Shown here: positions 31,540 through 41,791 of the stretch, piece after piece
Layout: each line of letters starts with the position of its first letter
Position numbering within the stretch: position 1 is the stretch's first letter
NCBI GenBank assembly: GCA_963790475.1
Contig: CAWBOS010000012.1
Coordinates: 1,152,001 to 1,216,000 of the forward strand
From: an uncultured delta proteobacterium
GTDB taxonomy: Bacteria > Desulfobacterota > RBG-13-43-22
Direction: 5' to 3'
DNA length: 64,000 bases
The notes under the pieces: generated by a model
Told to the model about the DNA's origin: nothing
Database searches by the model: none
Seen by the model: the letters and a program-made list of their open reading frames with translations, nothing else
Translations under genes and position numbers: made by a program

Positions 31540-31610
31540 GAAAAAAAAATTTCACAATTTTGTTAAGTTATTACTAAATTACTTAATTTAAAAGAAAGGA
31601 GAATGTTTTC

Positions 31611-32762
31611 ATGAAACAAAAAGAAAATCCCTTCAAAGAGAGTACAGGGATAAGGAAACTGGCAGAACAAATCACCCAAAAGACCATCGCCCCACAGGCG
31701 GGAGAAAGAGATCTGAAACAAATTTTCCCGAGGGATGGAATCCTTGCCCTTGGCCAGGCCGGCCTCTTATGCGCCGTCCTGTCGGAAGATCAGGGAGGTT
31801 CTGGTGTTGGGCGATTAGACTTTGTTTCAATGGTTACTGAAGTAGCCAAGGCCTGTGCCTCAACAGCTCTCATTTGGGTTTCCCACGTCATCGTGGCCAA
31901 GGCCCTCGAAGTTGCCGCGGCAGAAACCATAAGGAAGAAATGGTTGCCCCTGATGGCCAAAGGTCAGGCCCTAGGGGCGATTGCCGTACACGAACCGGAC
32001 TCGGGCTGCAATGCCGGCGCCATTACGACTCGGGCGGAAAAGGAACAGGGCCATTATCGGGTTAATGGTTCCAAGATCTTCATCACTTCGGCCGGGGAAG
32101 CCCAAATTTACCTGGTTCTGGTCCGGACGGACCCGGAAAAAGGACCTCAGGGCATGAGTATGCTGCTTATCGAAAAAGATACGGAGGGGTTTGCTTTCGG
32201 TCGGATTGAAGACAGACTTGGCATGAGAAGCAGCTCATCCAGGGAACTATTTTTTAATGATTGCCGGGTCCCGGTCGAAAATCTCATCGGGACGGAAGGT
32301 GGCTGGGCTGAAGTCATGGGAAAATCCATGATGGGTTGGGGGTTTTTTGGAGCGGCGGCTACATCTTTGGGTTTGGCCAAATCAGCCTCTGAACTGGCCA
32401 TAAAACATGCCAGGGAACGAATGATTGCCGGGCAGCCTATTGGCGTTCACCAGGCAGTTCAGTTCATGATCTCGGACTTAATTCTCGGGACCGAGGCTGC
32501 GGAGGCACTACTTAATACCTGTGCCCAGCAAGCAGACTCTTCTCCAGATAAGGCCGTTATCAACGGTTTTAAAGCAAAGCTCTTTGCTTCCGAGATGGCA
32601 GTAGAGGTTACTAACAAGGCGATTCAGGTGCTTGGTGGCCACGGATATTGCCGTGATTACACGGTCGAACGGCTCTTCCGTGATGCTCGGGGCCTTACGC
32701 TTCATTTCAAAACATCCGAATGGCTCAGGCAGGATATCGCCAAGGCGGCGATGGGCTTATGA
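31611..32762 (+). CDS. Acyl-CoA dehydrogenase family protein
   Basis: HEPDSGC, NGSKIFIT, LGMRSSS, AKLFASE, QVLGGHGY..ERLFRDAR. Confidence 0.93.
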   Translation: MKQKENPFKESTGIRKLAEQITQKTIAPQAGERDLKQIFPRDGILALGQAGLLCAVLSEDQGGSGVGRLDFVSMVTEVAKACASTALIWVSHVIVAKALEVAAAETIRKKWLPLMAKGQALGAIAVHEPDSGCNAGAITTRAEKEQGHYRVNGSKIFITSAGEAQIYLVLVRTDPEKGPQGMSMLLIEKDTEGFAFGRIEDRLGMRSSSSRELFFNDCRVPVENLIGTEGGWAEVMGKSMMGWGFFGAAATSLGLAKSASELAIKHARERMIAGQPIGVHQAVQFMISDLILGTEAAEALLNTCAQQADSSPDKAVINGFKAKLFASEMAVEVTNKAIQVLGGHGYCRDYTVERLFRDARGLTLHFKTSEWLRQDIAKAAMGL

Positions 32763-32840
32763 GCTCCATGCAGAACATAAAAGAAGGTCAAGCAGGTATC
32801 TGTTCTGCACAGAGATTCAAAGAGAAAGGAGGTGAGAAAA

Positions 32841-32972
32841 ATGAACAAAAAAGAAAGCCCGTGTGGTTGTGGATGTGTGGGTGCAAAGCCAAGCATCAAC
32901 AAGACCGCAAAAAGCTTGAAGGGGGTTGAGGCAAAAGAGGCAAAAAACCAACAGAACAAAAAAACAAAATAA
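32841..32972 (+). CDS. 43-aa basic peptide with CGCGC motif
   Basis: AAGGAGGTGA RBS; MNKKESPCGCGCVGAKPS..KKTK*; below ORF-track cutoff. Confidence 0.6.
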   Translation: MNKKESPCGCGCVGAKPSINKTAKSLKGVEAKEAKNQQNKKTK

Positions 32973-32994
32973 GTTTAATGGGAGGTGATCAATT

Positions 32995-33183
32995 ATGTGT
33001 TGTGAAACAAATGCCCGACGGCCTCAAAACCTGCAAACCGGTGGCGGTTGTGGCTGCACCGGCGTGTCCCGTCGGTTTCTGAGCGCCGAGGAAGAAAAGG
33101 CCAAACTGGAAGAATATCAGGATCAGCTCAAGAAGGAACTGGCCGGGGTCCAGGAATGTATCAACCAACTTCAAAAGGCTTAA
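32995..33183 (+). CDS. Small Cys-rich coiled-coil protein (DUF5320-like)
   Basis: GGAGGTGA RBS; MCC..CGC..RRFLSAEEEKAKLEEYQDQLKKEL. Confidence 0.75.
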   Translation: MCCETNARRPQNLQTGGGCGCTGVSRRFLSAEEEKAKLEEYQDQLKKELAGVQECINQLQKA

Positions 33184-33197
33184 ATTAAGCCATAGTC

Positions 33198-33242
33198 CGA
33201 CCGACCGTTTCCGGTCTATCAGATCGGCCGGAAACGGTCGCC
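33198..33242 (+). terminator. Hairpin between convergent genes
   Basis: cgaccgtttccggtc ... ggccggaaacggtcg inverted repeat. Confidence 0.6.
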
Positions 33243-33275
33243 AACTGCCAGCCTTGGATAACTTGTCTCAAGAAT

Positions 33276-33918
33276 CTAACTTTTTGTTTTTCGCAATCTC
33301 TCGGGCGTCTCTTTCATCCGGTCCTCCTGTTTTAACCGGTTCAGCTCAGCGGGTGCTTCCTGAAACCCTTCCAGGGCATTGAAAAATCGGTCCAGGGGAT
33401 CACCCTGGGAAGTAGGCACTAAAAAGATGTGGGTATGGGGAATCCTTCGACCCCGGGCATACAGGCAGACAAAATCCGGTTGGAAAGTCTGCATGATCTT
33501 TTTGGAAACCACTTTCGCCACCCTAAAGAGACTTTCCGTTTCCTCTACAGTGAGGTCATGCCACCAAGGGCGACCCGATAGCGTAACGTGTTGAAAACGG
33601 CTTTGCAATGATTCGAAAAGCCTCTAATTCTTTTGAGTTAGAGGCTTTTTCTTTCTGAAAAATTATCTTCTTACAAATGGCAATGATTTAACTATTTATA
33701 ATTATAGGCTTTAATGTTATATCATAACGGTATTATCAACACGTTAAGCTATCGGCTTGCCACCAAGGGACGTGCCTTTTGGGAATGATCAGGCAGTGGC
33801 CTTCGGCCAAAGGATTGATATCCAGTAAACCCAGGGAGAGCTCATCCTCATAAATAAGGTGGGCCTTGGCACGGCCCTGGACTAGGTCACAGAAGATGCA
33901 GTTATCCTCGTCGGACAT
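33276..33918 (-). pseudogene. HIT family hydrolase interrupted by a MITE
   Basis: CIFC..LDINPLAEGHCLIIPKRHVPWW | HDLT..IPHTHIFLVP; halves join in frame when the insert and one target copy are removed. Confidence 0.88.
33569..33761. mobile_element. 193-bp MITE, 26-bp imperfect TIR, 6-bp target duplication ACCAAG
   Basis: Left GGCGACCCGATAGCGTAACGTGTTGA vs right reverse complement GGCAAGCCGATAGCTTAACGTGTTGA; ACCAAG at 33563-33568 and 33762-33767. Confidence 0.88.
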
Positions 33919-34116
33919 TTTTCTCCTTTACTCCAGAATTAAAGATAGAATCAGAACCAATCTTATCGGGTTATTTTGATAATTCAACGAAGAAAGTACC
34001 TTCGAGGTTACCTAAAAATGGATCTATGAAATCGAGATTTAATATATTTTTCTATTCATAAAAGGGAAAGGCCATTATAATGGCGAGGTGCGTTAAAAAA
34101 AATTATAGGAAGGGAA

Positions 34117-34896
34117 ATGACCAAGTTAAGAACAAAGACAGTCGACCGGCACTGGTCCAGGGAAACGATGCCCGCTGTTCTGGTGTTTATTTTTTCTATT
34201 ATCTTCTCTCTCTATTTGAGCGATCAATCCGGTTCCGAAAGCTTAAAGGTCGTCTACAGGGTCTTTCTGCGGTTTCTTCGTTATACCCTTTTCCTTTGCC
34301 TCCCCCTTTATTTATTAAGACCCATCTATCGATTTATTCTTAATAAGAGTAAGGGGGGCTTAATTCAACTCGGCCATCCGGGGGAGATAACCATCAACCC
34401 CCTCAAACATTGGCTGTTCCGTCCCTTTCAGGGGATCGGCATCTCTTTCCTCTTCGCCACTAAATTAGTAGCCCTTATTCAGACCATCACCGGGCCCCTC
34501 ACCAGCCCCTCCCCGCCCATTATTTCCGGCCAATATCAGATTGGACGTATGCTTTTGGTTATCGTCGTTACGGTTTTTGTCTCCCTCCTTTTATCTACCC
34601 TCTGGACTATGGATGATATGGGGATCCGCTATCATAACCGCAGAGATCAGGAACTTAAAATGATCGGAAAGTATGTAGGGACCATTATGCCCCTTATTTT
34701 CGGACTCTATGGTCTTTTCAGCCTCCTGGCCCATTATCCCAAAGAAAACACGCTGCTCCATGTCTTCAGGATCATCCTGGCCTTTTATCCGCCTCTGGTG
34801 GTTTTCGTAGTCGTCCATACCCATTTTATTACCGGGAAAATAGATTTTCATGCCCGGAAGAATTTATTGCGGAAAGGAGGGATCTGGCAAGATTAA
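34117..34896 (+). CDS. Hypothetical multi-pass membrane protein
   Basis: 259 aa with about six hydrophobic segments. Confidence 0.65.
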   Translation: MTKLRTKTVDRHWSRETMPAVLVFIFSIIFSLYLSDQSGSESLKVVYRVFLRFLRYTLFLCLPLYLLRPIYRFILNKSKGGLIQLGHPGEITINPLKHWLFRPFQGIGISFLFATKLVALIQTITGPLTSPSPPIISGQYQIGRMLLVIVVTVFVSLLLSTLWTMDDMGIRYHNRRDQELKMIGKYVGTIMPLIFGLYGLFSLLAHYPKENTLLHVFRIILAFYPPLVVFVVVHTHFITGKIDFHARKNLLRKGGIWQD

Positions 34897-34931
34897 AGGG
34901 AACAAAAGCGCCTCTCATTCGTTATTCTTAT

Positions 34932-35117
34932 ATGAGCCCCACGACCCCTCAGGATGAAAATTATTTAATCCGACAAGTTAAAGATGACGATCCATCGACA
35001 TTTGAATGGATTGTCCTGAAATATCAGGATAAAATTTACAGTCTTTGCCGTTGCCTGTTGGGAAATCCCCAGGATGTGGAAGGTGCCGCCCAGGATCCTA
35101 CGCCCTTTTGGTATTGA
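34932..35117 (+). pseudogene. ECF sigma factor N-terminal remnant
   Basis: DENYLI..FEWIVLKYQDKIYSLCRCLLGNPQDVEGAAQD then stops. Confidence 0.65.
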
Positions 35118-35283
35118 GATGCCTTCTTTATAGCCTTTGACAATCCAAATAAAAAAAGAGATAACTTTTTTCCAGAACACAAATTTTTCCTTTTTCGGAG
35201 GTTTAACCAATTAAACGGGAAATTGCTAGTTTTAGACTGGGAGTGTCAAACCATAACTTAAATGAAATAAGGAGAATGGATCA

Positions 35284-36480
35284 ATGACACTGGATGGTCA
35301 GGCTAAAGACCTTGCAGATGAGAAAGATGGACTTGAAACCCCTGAGAAGGGAAGCGCAAAAAAAACCAAAAACCTCTATAATCAAATGGAGTGGGCCGGG
35401 GCCTTCGGTGATGTCGGCACCCTGATCCCTTTTGTGGTGGCCTATATCACCATTGTAAAAATCAACCCGCTCGGGCTTCTTTTCATGTTCGGGATAACTT
35501 TAATGGCTTCGGGGTTTTATTACCGAACCCCCATTCCAATTCAACCCATGAAAGCCATTGGAGCGGCGGCCATTGCCGGGGGCATAAGCCCGGCGGCCCT
35601 CTTCGGATCAGGCTTGACCACAGGACTTTTCTGGCTTCTGGCCGGCCTAACCGGGGCTATCAGACCCATAGCCAAGCTGGCCACCAAGCCCGTTGTGCGC
35701 GGCATTATGCTGGGTTTGGGGCTCTCCTTCATGGTCGATGGGGTCCACCGTATGGGGACAGCACCGGTCCTGGCGGGTATTGCCCTGGTGGTCACCTACC
35801 TCCTTCTGACGAATCCCAAGATTCCGGCCATGTTCATGCTGTTGATCATTGGGGTTGGATCCGCGGTCGTCATGAACCCACAGATAACCTCGGAACTGGC
35901 CAAGATTCATCTGAGTTTCAAGCTGCCGGTTTTTACCCTTCCTATGCTCACCTGGAATGACCTCGTTGTCGGCACGTTACTTTTCACCCTCCCTCAAATA
36001 CCTTTAACTTTGGGTAATGCCGTAATCGCCATTGTCGCCGAGAACAATGAGCTTTTCCCCGACCGGAAGGTAACCGAAAAGAAGATCGCCATTTCCCAGG
36101 GGATCATGAACCTGGTTTCGCCCCTTTTCGGCGGCATCCCCATGTGTCATGGGGCCGGTGGAATGGCCGGCCATGTTCGTTTTGGGGCCAAAACAGGTGG
36201 TGCTTTGGTTATCCTGGGCAGCATCCTCATTCTCATCGCCCTGTTCTTCAGCGATTCCGTAGCCGTTATCTTCAAGATATTCCCTAACGCGATCCTGGGG
36301 GTAATTTTGTTTTTTGCGGGCTCCGAGTTGGCGATTGTGGTAAAAGACATTGGGTTGAAGAAAACTGATTTCTATGTGATGCTCATTGTAGCCGCCTTTG
36401 CCATGTGGAATATGGGGGCGGCTTTTCTGGTGGGGGTTATTTTGGACAACGCGTTGAGGAGAGGGTGGATAAAAATTTGA
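35284..36480 (+). CDS. Putative molybdate/sulfate transporter (MOT1-like)
   Basis: EWAGAFGDVGT, PIPIQPMKAI, PQIPLTLGNAVI, PMCHGAGGMAGH. Confidence 0.9.
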   Translation: MTLDGQAKDLADEKDGLETPEKGSAKKTKNLYNQMEWAGAFGDVGTLIPFVVAYITIVKINPLGLLFMFGITLMASGFYYRTPIPIQPMKAIGAAAIAGGISPAALFGSGLTTGLFWLLAGLTGAIRPIAKLATKPVVRGIMLGLGLSFMVDGVHRMGTAPVLAGIALVVTYLLLTNPKIPAMFMLLIIGVGSAVVMNPQITSELAKIHLSFKLPVFTLPMLTWNDLVVGTLLFTLPQIPLTLGNAVIAIVAENNELFPDRKVTEKKIAISQGIMNLVSPLFGGIPMCHGAGGMAGHVRFGAKTGGALVILGSILILIALFFSDSVAVIFKIFPNAILGVILFFAGSELAIVVKDIGLKKTDFYVMLIVAAFAMWNMGAAFLVGVILDNALRRGWIKI

Positions 36481-36683
36481 TCCCGAGACGATACCCGTTC
36501 CAGGGTGATTTAAGAAGATGCCACAAGGTCATGGCCCGGGGTCAGGATACCCCGGCCCCATCTTTTTTTATAGTCCCCTATGTGAAGCCGTTTCTCAGAT
36601 CATGATTAAAGCGGCCAGAGCTTTCCCCGGGATATCATTCGAATCTTTTCGGGTGAAGACGCATTGATCACTTTAGTAAACAA

Positions 36684-37532
36684 TCAACCTGTGGAATTGT
36701 TATCCCGTAGCTTTCCCAGGGCTTCCAGGTGGGTTTTTTCTTCATCAGCAATTTTATAAATAACTTTTTTGGAAGATTCTTCCGACATTTTTATAGCAAA
36801 GCGCAAATACAGGTCCAAGGCCTGGGTCTCGATCATCATAGCCAGGTCAAGCAATTCCGGCACGGATTGGAAAGCAGCCCGGTTTTGGTTTAGAAATTCA
36901 GAGAACTTAAATCCTCCTTCCAGAATTTGTGGAAGCCGATCGGCCAGTCCGGCCGGGGCATTTGGCTGATTGGGATTTAATTCGGCATATCGGGATAAAA
37001 GAATCTGTTTGTGCCTCTCCTCGATATCCCCCAGTTTTTTCAAAAGGGCGGCCACCTCACCATTTTTTATTTCTTCACCGGCTAGGAGGTAGAACTGGCG
37101 CAGGGTCTCTTCCATCCCATAGGAAATCTCGATCATCTCAACCGGAGACTCATCCCCATGGATCAGGTCCAGGTTGAGCTCTACCGGCCCAACGGCCTTT
37201 AATCCCAGCCAGGCCTTAATTCCACCCTTAAGATGATACACTTCTTTAAATCCTTGGCCGGAAAGTAATTGAGCCGCTACACGGCTCCGTCCCCCGACCG
37301 CTCAATAAACAATGGTCGGTTTTTCCGGGTCCAGCTTATTCAAGGAATCGGGCAGATCAGGCAGGGGGATCAGTTGAGCCCCGGGGATGTGTTCCTTTTC
37401 GTACTCTCCGGGTTGGCGCACATCAACCAAGGCATAAGTCCCTTCCGGGTGTTGTAAAATATAGTTCTTAACTTCAACAGGTTCCAGGGCCTTTACAGGG
37501 TTAAACAGTTTTCTCAAGAGCACGGGTTTCAT
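36684..37532 (-). CDS. Selenocysteine rhodanese fused to rubrerythrin/ferritin-like domain
   Basis: VDVRQPGEYEKEHIPGA..PTIVY-UGA(37304-37302)-AVGGRSRVAAQLL..YHLKGGIKAW, then EERH and EEKTH motifs; hairpin GAGCCGT-GTA-GCGGCTC. Confidence 0.9.
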
Positions 37533-37536
37533 CCTC

Positions 37537-38346
37537 CTATTTAACCGACGTGGTAAAAGGCATAATCAACAAATGATGCAAGTATAATTTTTCCGGTTTT
37601 TGATAAGCCCCGATTCCTATTTTGATCCTGGCCTGATCGATCCGAGATAGAAGGGTTTCCAGAATCCGGTCCCACAGGGAAAAAATAGTCCCATAATTGG
37701 TGTTACGTTCTTTGATGACCACCGAATGATGAATCCGGTGCATGGACGGCGGAACAAACAGCGTCCAGTAAAGCCGCTCAAACCGGACAGGCACGGTCAA
37801 ACTGCTGTGTTGGAATTGGGAAGTCAAAACAACCAGGGAATCAAAAAGGGCGACGCTGAACAGGTCGGCTCCGAGAAGGGAGATCAGGCCGATCTTAATG
37901 ACCGCAGATATGGATAGTTCCCCGATGTGAAAACGGGAAGCCGTGGAAACGTCCATGTTCAAATCACTGTGATGGACCCGATGAAAGCGCCAGAAAAAGG
38001 GGATCTCATGATTTAATAAATGCCAGACATAGAGGATCAGATCAAAAAAGACAACGGTGGCCAGGACCTTTACCCAGTAAGGTAACGGCCATAAATTGAG
38101 GACCCCTATTTGACGGGTGTCTACATAGGCCGCGGTCTGGATGATGAAAGAGGCGAACAGAAGATTCAAGACAATACTATTGAAAATACCGATCCCCAGG
38201 TTGTTAACCCATCGGGTAAACTTGGACACCGAACTGGGGCGATAGGGGATGAGGAGTTCAAGGATCAAAAAGAGTAATACCCCTCCCCAGAAAATGAAGA
38301 CTCTGATCGATGCCAGGTTTAATGGGCTTCCGTTAAAATCCCCCAT
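37537..38346 (-). CDS. Sterol desaturase/fatty acid hydroxylase family protein
   Basis: His boxes WHLLNH, FHRVHH, RFH, FQHS, MHRIHH. Confidence 0.9.
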   Translation of the reverse strand: MGDFNGSPLNLASIRVFIFWGGVLLFLILELLIPYRPSSVSKFTRWVNNLGIGIFNSIVLNLLFASFIIQTAAYVDTRQIGVLNLWPLPYWVKVLATVVFFDLILYVWHLLNHEIPFFWRFHRVHHSDLNMDVSTASRFHIGELSISAVIKIGLISLLGADLFSVALFDSLVVLTSQFQHSSLTVPVRFERLYWTLFVPPSMHRIHHSVVIKERNTNYGTIFSLWDRILETLLSRIDQARIKIGIGAYQKPEKLYLHHLLIMPFTTSVK

Positions 38347-40396
38347 CTAAAATAGTCCTGACCCTTTCTGAAAGTTCTTGGAGGCTGAAGGGTTTTTGAA
38401 TAAAGGCCTTGCAACCTTGTTTCATAATCTCTCTGGCCGGGCCGTCCAGACTGTAGCCGCTGGACAAGATCACTTTGACTTGAGGATTGATTTCTTTCAA
38501 GGCCGTAAAAGTTTCTTTTCCTCCCATTCCGGGCATGATCATATCCAAAAGTACCAGGGAGATACTCGACTGATTTCGGGTATAGATCTCCAGGGCTTCT
38601 TTGCCGCTTGTGGCCGATAAAACCCGATATCCCAGACTCTCAAAAAGGTCGCGACAGACATTGATAATGGTATTTTCGTCATCCACCAGAAGGATCGTTT
38701 CGGTCCCGGTCATGATTTCTGAGATCGGGGAAGTTTCTTTGGCCACTTTCCTCCCGGTGGCCGGGAGATAGATAGTGAAGGTGGCCCCTTGCCCTTTTTC
38801 GCTGTCCACTTCAATAATCCCTTGATGGTTTTTGATAATACCATAGACGGAGGCCAAACCGAGACCGGTCCCCCGGCCCATCTCCTTGGTGGTAAAAAAA
38901 GGTTCGAAAATTCTTTCTTTGGTTCGGCTGTCCATACCGATACCGGTATCCGATATGGAGATCCGGATGTAATTCCCGGGTTCAAAGGAATAGGGTTTTA
39001 CGAGCGTTTTATCCAGGACCACATTTTTCGTTTCGATAAAGAGATCTCCCCCGGCCGGCATGGCCTGCCAGGCATTGACATAGAGATTTAAGAGTACCTG
39101 TTCAATCTGCCCCTGATCCACCTCGGCTGGGAAGAGATCCTTTTGGAATTTTTTATGGATCTGAATTTCCTTATTGGCCCGGCCGAACATGGTCGAAGTC
39201 TTTTCGATAACTTCGTTTAAATCCGTCGGACTGGCCTCATACTTCCCTCTCCGGGCAAAACCAAGCAGCTGTTTGGTCAGATCGGAGCCGCTACGCACCA
39301 TAGCCTGAATATTGATCAGCTTTTCATAGTTGGGATTTTCAGGAGGGAGGTTGTAAAGTATCAGGGAGGCATAGCCTTGAATGCCCATCAGAATATTGTT
39401 AAAGTCATGGGCAATGCCCCCGGCCAAAGTCCCCACCGCTTCCATCTTTTGGGCCTGGAAGAATTGCTTTTCCAGACGCTCCCGTTCGGAAATATCCTGC
39501 AAGGTTTCAATGGCCCCGATAATCTTCCCCTCGGAGTCACGAAGCCGGGCGGCCAAAAAATACAGGTGCCTGGGAACCCCTCCCACCACCAACAGATCGG
39601 AGCCCTCGAAGGCCTCCGGCATGGAGGTATTGGCCGTTAACCCCTTGTCTCCATATAATTTCTTCATGGATATTGAATCCATTTCCAGAACCAAATCCGT
39701 CAGGAGGGGTCTGTCCTGACCGGGATAAAAAATATTTGAATCCACCATGCGGTCCAAGACCTTTTCCCTGGGAACATGGGTCAAATTTTCACAGGCCCGA
39801 TTCCAAAGGATGACCTTGTGATTTTTATCAATAACAAAAGTCGGGATCGGGTTCCCGTCCAAGATGGCCGCCAGTTGTTCCTTGTCTTGCCGTATCCTGA
39901 CTTCAGCTTGCTTTCGCTCGGTTATATCCCGGATAGTACAGACATAGGCCTTCACTTTTTGATCAGGAGCCAAAATAGGAGAAATAACAACCTCGCAATT
40001 GATCACATCATTGCTTTTTTGCCGATAATCCCATTCCAACCTGGCTTTCCCTTCCTTTTCAATGATCGGATAGACCAGATTGACGAAGGCCTGATACCTT
40101 TCGTCAGAGAGATGGAGCGATTTTATCGATCTTCCGTCTAATTCTCCCCAGGAATAACCGAACATTTCCAGAAAGGCAGGGTTGCAGGAAATGATATTTC
40201 TGTTTTCATCGATCAGTAGTATGGCATCAGAAGAAGCCTCGACCGAAGTGCGGTATCGTTCCTCCGATTCGATCAGGGCCTGCTCCGCCTTTTTACGAGC
40301 GGTCACATCAACGGAAGCCACTTGATTGCCTTCGGGATTTCCTTCCGGACCCGGGGATTTTTTTCTCTTTTCCTTTGGTTTATCTTCGTTGGACAT
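38333..40396 (-). CDS. PAS-PAS hybrid histidine kinase with receiver domain
   Basis: QKMEAVGTLAGGIAHDFNN, EPFFTTK..GTGLGL, ILLVDDE..LDMIMP..KPF. Confidence 0.93.
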   Translation of the reverse strand: MSNEDKPKEKRKKSPGPEGNPEGNQVASVDVTARKKAEQALIESEERYRTSVEASSDAILLIDENRNIISCNPAFLEMFGYSWGELDGRSIKSLHLSDERYQAFVNLVYPIIEKEGKARLEWDYRQKSNDVINCEVVISPILAPDQKVKAYVCTIRDITERKQAEVRIRQDKEQLAAILDGNPIPTFVIDKNHKVILWNRACENLTHVPREKVLDRMVDSNIFYPGQDRPLLTDLVLEMDSISMKKLYGDKGLTANTSMPEAFEGSDLLVVGGVPRHLYFLAARLRDSEGKIIGAIETLQDISERERLEKQFFQAQKMEAVGTLAGGIAHDFNNILMGIQGYASLILYNLPPENPNYEKLINIQAMVRSGSDLTKQLLGFARRGKYEASPTDLNEVIEKTSTMFGRANKEIQIHKKFQKDLFPAEVDQGQIEQVLLNLYVNAWQAMPAGGDLFIETKNVVLDKTLVKPYSFEPGNYIRISISDTGIGMDSRTKERIFEPFFTTKEMGRGTGLGLASVYGIIKNHQGIIEVDSEKGQGATFTIYLPATGRKVAKETSPISEIMTGTETILLVDDENTIINVCRDLFESLGYRVLSATSGKEALEIYTRNQSSISLVLLDMIMPGMGGKETFTALKEINPQVKVILSSGYSLDGPAREIMKQGCKAFIQKPFSLQELSERVRTILDGGF

Positions 40397-40836
40397 CAGC
40401 CCCCCATTATTTTCATTCGGTCTTAGGTCGCAAGCGGCCGGAGAGTTCCTATAGATAACAGAAGTTGCCATCCCCGGTAATCCGTTTAGGGGAAAAGGGA
40501 ATTCCGATGAACAACCAAAAAAAGAAATTCTTATTTTTGCTGAATCCGAAAAAATTTTAGCAACAGGCTATAGGAGGAATTCCCGACGAATAAAAAGTCA
40601 TTTTTTGACTTATCACAGGGTATTCAAGCTTGAGACAGGGTTTTCCCAAACTTGCCCAAGTCTAACTGTATGGTTTTTTACCTCTTTTTGCAAGGATGTT
40701 TTTATTGAACCTATTGCCGTTAACTGAACAGAATCCATTTTTTTGCTGACAGACAAATTTCTTGTTAAGTTGTCGGTCCTCTGCTATATTTTTATGATCC
40801 GAATCGTCCAGTAAAAACGGAAGTCAGGGGGGTGTT

Positions 40837-41532
40837 ATGGGAGCTTCAGAAAAAGAAAAGAGAGATAGAGATTCTGTAGAAACCAGAAGGGATTACGCCC
40901 GAACCGCCGAAGCCGATTTTTTGGAAGGTATTTCCCGCTCTTCCGGTCACCAGGAAGAGTCCTTAGTATCCCTTTCGGTGGGGGCCAGGATCAAAGCCGT
41001 TCGGGAAAGAAAGGCCCTTTCCCTGCAGGATGTTGCCCAGCGGACCGGTTTTCCGGAATCGACCATTGCCCAAATTGAAACGGGCGAAATTCTACCTCCC
41101 TTGGGGGACATGGTCAAGTTGGCCCGAGCACTGGAAATGAAAATGGGCTATTTGCTGGTCCAGGGCGAATCCAAACCCTATACCGTGGTCCATAAAAAAA
41201 ACCGAAAGACAGTCTCACGTTACGATTCTCGGAAGACCCTTCGCTATGGATATACCTATGAATCTCTGGCCCCGGAAAAGAAGGAAAGAAACATGGAGCC
41301 TTTTCTGGTCACCCTGCAACCGATCTCTCAGGATGAATCCCCTTCCACGCACGATGGAGAGGAGTTCCTTTTTGTATTGGAAGGAGAGATCGAGGTCATT
41401 TTGGGAGATAAACGAGAAATTCTATCGCCGGAAGATTCGATTTATTATGATTCCACTTTGCCCCACCGCGTACGCGCCTATGGAGATCAAATGGCCAGGA
41501 TTGTGGCTGTACTTTACACCCAGGAAAAGTAA
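40837..41532 (+). CDS. XRE-HTH + cupin transcriptional regulator
   Basis: LSLQDVAQRTG..IETG, MEPFLVTL, HDGEEFLFVLEG, YYDSTLPH. Confidence 0.9.
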   Translation: MGASEKEKRDRDSVETRRDYARTAEADFLEGISRSSGHQEESLVSLSVGARIKAVRERKALSLQDVAQRTGFPESTIAQIETGEILPPLGDMVKLARALEMKMGYLLVQGESKPYTVVHKKNRKTVSRYDSRKTLRYGYTYESLAPEKKERNMEPFLVTLQPISQDESPSTHDGEEFLFVLEGEIEVILGDKREILSPEDSIYYDSTLPHRVRAYGDQMARIVAVLYTQEK

Positions 41533-41762
41533 GGGGATAAACCCCAACGATGAACGCTTCGCTAACGCCTTCAGGCCGGTGCATTTAATACCCGGGATTT
41601 CTGCAGCGCCACCCCGCCCGGAAACCACAGTGAAAGAACTGTTTGAATCTGAAATTGTTCATAGTTGATCTTATGAGCAATCCTCACCCTTTATCTTCAG
41701 ACATAGATTTCCCTATAAAATACTGAAAAATCTATTGACAAAAAGAAGAGGCCGCGATTATA

Positions 41763-41790
41763 GTAGCACTTTAATTAATAAAGGTGCTAC
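41763..41790. promoter_or_regulatory. NikR operator upstream of nikR
   Basis: GTAGCAC-N14-GTGCTAC palindrome just downstream of a TTGACA promoter. Confidence 0.75.
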
Positions 41791-41791
41791 G

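Noticed and set aside
28856-37532. Genome-wide UGA reassignment (Trp/Gly) or nonsense pseudogenes
   Set aside because: Many genes here end in TGA normally; the five internal UGAs sit in Cys-type motifs and each has a SECIS-like hairpin.
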